Assembly (NCBI GenBank): GCA_027483175.1
Contig: JAIXVE010000229.1
Coordinates: forward strand, 225 to 64,224
Length of the DNA stretch: 64,000 bases
Direction: 5' to 3'
DNA from: Verrucomicrobiaceae bacterium
GTDB taxonomy: Bacteria; Verrucomicrobiota; Verrucomicrobiia; Verrucomicrobiales; V1-33
Under the pieces are notes generated by a model. The model saw only the letters and a list, made by a program, of their open reading frames with translations, was not told the origin of the DNA and searched no databases. Made by a program: the position numbers and the translations under genes. The stretch's first letter is position 1; each line of letters starts with the position of its first letter. This document shows positions 59,001 through 64,000 of this stretch, in pieces.

Positions 59001-60246
59001 GCTGCGGGTGACGACTAACGAGTTGCAGGGAGGCACGGTGCTGCGGGTGGCGGTGCGGGCGACGGACAATGGGTCGCCGCCGCAGTCGGTGGTGGCGGAG
59101 GCGGTGATTGAGGTGAGGGACACGAACGAGGCTCCGTTTGCGGATTACCTTGTGGAAGGGGGAGTTGACGAGGGTGAGACGGTGAGGATCGAGCCGCAGA
59201 GCGGGACGGGGGACAGTGATCTGCCGAGACAGGTGCTGCGATATGAGCTGGTGGCGCCGGTGCCTGAGGGGATGGTGATTGATGCGGTGAGCGGGGTGAT
59301 CTCGTTCACGCCTGGGGAGACGCTGGGCGGGACGACGGTGGTGGCGACGGTGCGGGTGACGGACGACGGCGTTCCGGCGCTATCGGGGACGGGGAGTTTC
59401 GCGATTGAGGTTAGTGAGACGAACAGGCGGCCGGTGATGGAGCCGGTGGCGTCGGAGCACACGGTGAATGAAGGGGAGGTGTTCACGCTGGCGATTCGGG
59501 CGACGGATGCGGATATTCCTGCGCAGGTGCTGAGTTACCTTGTGGGTTTTGCGGTGGAGGAGAATCCGGCGATTACGAACCTGCCGACGGTGGATGGGGC
59601 GGGGGTGTTCCGGTGGGTGACGAGTGAGGCGGATCTGCCGGGGCCGTATTATTTCAGCTGCCGGGTATCTGATGGTGCGGGGCAGGTGGCGACGGTGCAT
59701 TTCCGGGTGAATGTGGTGAAGAGTAACAAGGCTCCGACGGTGCGGCGGATTGAGGATGTGGTGTTGCGGCCTGGGGAACCGATGCGAGTTAGGGTCCGCG
59801 GGAAAGATGCGGATCTGCCGGAGCAGGTGCTAGAGTACACGCTGGCGGGGGGTGCGCCTCCGGGGATGGTGATCGGGAGGTTGAGCGGTGAGTTGGAATG
59901 GACGCCTGGGGTGGGGCAGTCGGCGGCGGTGTTTCCGGTGACGGTGCGGGTGGCGGACAACGGCGTTCCTGTGAAGGTGACGGAGGTATCGTTCCGGGTG
60001 TGGGTGAGAGTGGGGGTGAGGCCGGCGATGCCGGTGGTGGGGGTTGAGCCGAGGCCGACGGCGGGAGGATACCGGTTGAGGTTCACGCTGCCGGCGGGGT
60101 CGATGTATGAAGTGCAGAGTGCGGGGGATCCGGGAGGGGAGTGGACGAGTCGCGGGATTTTCACGTCGACGGGCGGCGAGCAGGTGTTTATCGACAATCC
60201 TGCCAATGTGCCGGGCAGGAGGTTTTACCGGTTAGTGATTCCGTGA
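56059..60246 (+). CDS. Large surface protein with autotransporter-associated beta-strand repeats and cadherin/He_PIG-like Ig domains
   Basis: WTGGGGDGRWSTAANW, VKTGVGLLRL, LVKGGVG, YGGGTGNDFVL, ASDPD/ATDAD/TDNG repeats, terminal RRFYRL. Confidence 0.88.
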   Translation: MRRTILMILTIACAEAHGAVREWTGGGGDGRWSTAANWVPAVVPVNGDEVVVKNDVAGSGAFTTENDLIGLEVAGITVGARRVTVTGREITLTGKLTRLAGGVETVVLPAIRLGGTGVRDMMVRGDMQLGGLVMNGRDVVVDLEDARLTVERPEGTGTVSLRSEDESGEVVVRTPPVAGAAAGLRWVVDGCELTVDSPVAVAEPVCGGEFVVGGSGRESVLSLEGGRALREDAVVKVFSDGWVRTWGITGAGYVTSQLPLVELHGGQLVLDASAFSVGGIRGMAGTDSLMTNNARAFEMNFAEGQGIHVEAGARVTVDISIESGRPAMFTGKGTVAIAPINDAIAGQPGGELGVDEVVVDGPVLVLDDTEKLARRLARVPRFTVRGGGVLVTGHNDLGTQTVVPDIVLESGTLRIEEGVVLEAGAGLGISVSGTSRIEVVGDVVLRSRISGTGTLVFDAATAEARETSSLRWAASAVGAAHDGNFFEGATDIRLRTMRWVQETRPAEGTELLLGVPGAAVTIELSDVMERMSGVTVRAGTTVRQRAALPMGLLRFTGSGRWNASAGEVIEADRVRVQGVGSLVTLTGDLEVQKELGTGAEGNVLVHSGALRGTGTVVKTGVGLLRLGGVNAGTFSGVLAVEEGEVNIEKPTGVRVFGGGDLRIGERAAAVVRVVGHGNVDGGMAVLMGAGGELDMSAVAAPRIDMIGTLTGAGMVRVPAGGLAIGLDGGSGTYGGAVTGGGMLVKGGVGVQRLGGSVSPVGSVIAAGGTLMLNGTVTAGGVTVRPGAVLGGTGVIPAVTVESGGGIAPGDGGGELSAGNLQMLAGSRFLNAIGGSGAAPVFGRVRVTGTVVVDGAVLEFGQSIVPVVGAEFRLIDNNGSDAISGLFAGVVNGGQWSVANLDFTAMYGGGTGNDFVLKFTGTNAVPSGQPPVFPNPAVVRVDEGKVAEVSCVASDPDPAQTMTYALVAPVLGGAVLDARTGLLRVTTNELQGGTVLRVAVRATDNGSPPQSVVAEAVIEVRDTNEAPFADYLVEGGVDEGETVRIEPQSGTGDSDLPRQVLRYELVAPVPEGMVIDAVSGVISFTPGETLGGTTVVATVRVTDDGVPALSGTGSFAIEVSETNRRPVMEPVASEHTVNEGEVFTLAIRATDADIPAQVLSYLVGFAVEENPAITNLPTVDGAGVFRWVTSEADLPGPYYFSCRVSDGAGQVATVHFRVNVVKSNKAPTVRRIEDVVLRPGEPMRVRVRGKDADLPEQVLEYTLAGGAPPGMVIGRLSGELEWTPGVGQSAAVFPVTVRVADNGVPVKVTEVSFRVWVRVGVRPAMPVVGVEPRPTAGGYRLRFTLPAGSMYEVQSAGDPGGEWTSRGIFTSTGGEQVFIDNPANVPGRRFYRLVIP

Positions 60247-60273
60247 GGTGGCGGTGAGGTGTTAGAAAAGGAG

Positions 60274-62211
60274 TCAGCGACCGATGACGAGGACGCAGCG
60301 GAAGCCGGTCATGGTGCTGCGGTAGCCCTGATTGAAGCGCTGGCGGAAGTCGCGGCGCAGCTGGACATCGTAGCCGCCGTCGACCCATGAGCCGCCGCGC
60401 TGGACGTATTCGCCAGAGAGCGGGCTGATGCGGTCGTCGCACCATTCCCAGACATTGCCCCAGAGGTCGTGGAGACCGTTGGCATTTGGGGGGAATGAGC
60501 CGACTGGGGCGAGGCGCGGGAAGTTGTCTTTGCGGAGTTTGAGGCTGAGCCAGAGCGTGGGCCATGAGGGATCGCGGGCTTCGCGGCCGGCGTAGTTAGC
60601 GAAGTCAGGCGGAGGAGGCCAGTCGGGGCCCCATGGGTAGCGGGGTTCGTGAGGTGGGAGAGCCATGTGGCGGTCGCCTGGGGCGGCGGCTGGTTCTGTG
60701 GGGAGACCGGCGGCGGTGCTCCATTCTGCGTCGGAGGGGAGACGGTAGAACTGGTCGCGGGAGAGACGGCCTTCCTGTTGTTCGCGCCATGTCAGCCATG
60801 AGCAGAAGCGGCGGGCCATCTGGCAGTTGATGCCCCATGCCGGGGCGTTTGCGGGTGGGGAGAAGCCGGGGTCTGGCCATGGGTCGGGACCCTTTGATTC
60901 GGACCAGCCGGCTAGTGAGACGGTGAAGAGCGGGGCGCGGATGGTGCCTGAGGCTCCGGAGATTTCCTGCCAGATGAGGCCTGCGGGTCCGCTGGTGGCG
61001 TTAGAGAAGGCGATCCAGTCGTCCATGCGGGTTTCGAAGCGAGAGAAGAGGAGGGAAGGCAGACCGCGGACGGGGACGAAGGACATGCCGAGACTGTTGA
61101 GGAAAGGTGAGGAGGAAGTGGCGGCGAGGGGATTGGGGAAGCCGAGGTGATTGAGGGGTGGCTGGGGAGGAGGTGGGGGTGAGGGTTTGGGGATGAGGTA
61201 TCCTGTGGCGGCGGCGAGGAGGGCACCTGCGGCGGTGGTGATGGCGAGGATGGAGCGGGAGCGGCGGCGGGCGCGGGATTCGGAGTTGGCGATGGCGGAT
61301 AGGAGACGATCCAGCATGGCGCTGGCGGCGTCAGCGGAGGGAGGGCGGCGTGCGGGGTCTTCTGCGAGGAGTTGTTCGACGAGGGTGTCGGCTTCTCGGG
61401 GGAGATGGCATTTGGTGGAGAGCCTTGCGAAGCGACCGGCGGGCGGGGCTCCGGTGAGCATTTCGTAGAGGAGGACACCGATGGCGTAGAGGTCGGCGGC
61501 TGGGGTGGCGGGTTTTCCGAGGAGGGATTCCGGGGCGAGGTAGTAGGGTGTTCCGAAGGCGGTGCCGTCGCGGGTGATGGTGACGGGGGTGTTGTTAGAG
61601 ATGGCGAGGGAGAAGTCGCCGAGTTTGACGGTATGGTTCGGGCCTGTGAAGACGTTAGCGGGTTTGACATCGCGGTGGATGATGCCGTGGCGGTGGGCGT
61701 GGGAGAGGGCGCTGAGGAGACAGGAAGCGATGTGGAGGGCGCGGGGGGCGGGGAGAGGGCCGGCTTTGAGGAGGTGGTGGAGGTCGCAGCCTTCGACGAG
61801 TTCGGTGACGATGCAGAAGCGGCCGTCTGAGGCGGGGCCGCTGTCGAGGACGGTGACGATGCAGGGGTGGGTGAGAGAGCGGAGGGCGGCGGCTTCGGAT
61901 TCGGAGCGTGCGGCGGCTTCGAGGAGATTTTCCGGGGAGGAGCGGAAGACCTTGAGTGCGCCGGGGAGGTCGTCGTGGAGGCGGACGGCGCGCCAGACGA
62001 TGCCTTGGCCGCCGGTGCCGAGCGGGCCGAGGATTTGCCAGTCGCGGAAGGCTGGAGGGGGGGCGGTATCGGGAGGTTGGTCTTCTGACCAGATGGAGTC
62101 GAGCGAGGCGGAGACGCAGCGTGGGCATAGGCCGGCGAAGCCGTGTGCGGGCAGCGGAGCGCCGCATTGCGGGCAGGCTGCTGGCGGGGAGTGGGTGCCG
62201 GGTGAGGTCAT
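60274..62211 (-). CDS. Ser/Thr protein kinase with TM helix and C-terminal FGE-sulfatase (SUMF1-like) domain
   Basis: CPQC...CPRC, LGTGGQG, HRDVKPAN, DFS, GTPYYLAPE; GLHDLWGNVWEW, RGGSW, GFRCV. Confidence 0.92.
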   Translation of the reverse strand: MTSPGTHSPPAACPQCGAPLPAHGFAGLCPRCVSASLDSIWSEDQPPDTAPPPAFRDWQILGPLGTGGQGIVWRAVRLHDDLPGALKVFRSSPENLLEAAARSESEAAALRSLTHPCIVTVLDSGPASDGRFCIVTELVEGCDLHHLLKAGPLPAPRALHIASCLLSALSHAHRHGIIHRDVKPANVFTGPNHTVKLGDFSLAISNNTPVTITRDGTAFGTPYYLAPESLLGKPATPAADLYAIGVLLYEMLTGAPPAGRFARLSTKCHLPREADTLVEQLLAEDPARRPPSADAASAMLDRLLSAIANSESRARRRSRSILAITTAAGALLAAATGYLIPKPSPPPPPQPPLNHLGFPNPLAATSSSPFLNSLGMSFVPVRGLPSLLFSRFETRMDDWIAFSNATSGPAGLIWQEISGASGTIRAPLFTVSLAGWSESKGPDPWPDPGFSPPANAPAWGINCQMARRFCSWLTWREQQEGRLSRDQFYRLPSDAEWSTAAGLPTEPAAAPGDRHMALPPHEPRYPWGPDWPPPPDFANYAGREARDPSWPTLWLSLKLRKDNFPRLAPVGSFPPNANGLHDLWGNVWEWCDDRISPLSGEYVQRGGSWVDGGYDVQLRRDFRQRFNQGYRSTMTGFRCVLVIGR

Positions 62212-62393
62212 GCTGAAGGTACTATTTGCGATGCGGGCGGCAGTGTTTCAGTGGGGCGGGGGTGAGGGCGGGAAGGATGAGCCGTGATCGAGTAGGGGAA
62301 ATGGTGGAAGGTGTGCGGACCGGGGTGGGGTGAGGGGCGTAAGTGGGGTGGGTACTGACGATGGTACCGAATCTTCCCCCCGGAAGCATTTAA

Positions 62394-64000
<1,607 letters not shown>

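Overview
High-GC bacterial chromosome segment, most likely Verrucomicrobiota (inferred from PEP-CTERM, PSD1/planctomycete-cytochrome, DUF1552 and ECF/Ser-Thr-kinase genes). Most of the window is backbone with extreme G-richness on the + strand regardless of gene orientation. It carries housekeeping genes (purT, dusB, trpD, sdhC, plsX, holB, nspC and its dehydrogenase, sucA, xth, 5' part of katG) and large surface proteins. Accessory segments stand out from this backbone. (i) 1-4151: the C-terminal part of a protein resembling the Tc-toxin TcA pore/TcB-binding region with no TcB/TcC downstream, a coupled small gene, a decayed VPQ-type remnant and a PEP-CTERM gene. (ii) 24.3-26.9 kb: an IS30 remnant plus a helical-repeat gene, bracketed by a duplicated 5' end of the DUF1552 gene whose dead copy holds a 184-bp MITE with an 8-bp target duplication. 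(iii) 34.9-40.8 kb: a 21-unit heptamer array, a Tat-type protein with an L,D-transpeptidase/Tlde1-like motif plus a partner gene, and two degenerate glycosyltransferase-like genes. (iv) 52-62 kb: an ECF sigma factor and a Ser/Thr kinase bracketing two very large surface-protein genes. No rRNA, tRNA or CRISPR array was seen. All family calls come from motif recognition by eye; no database searches were run.
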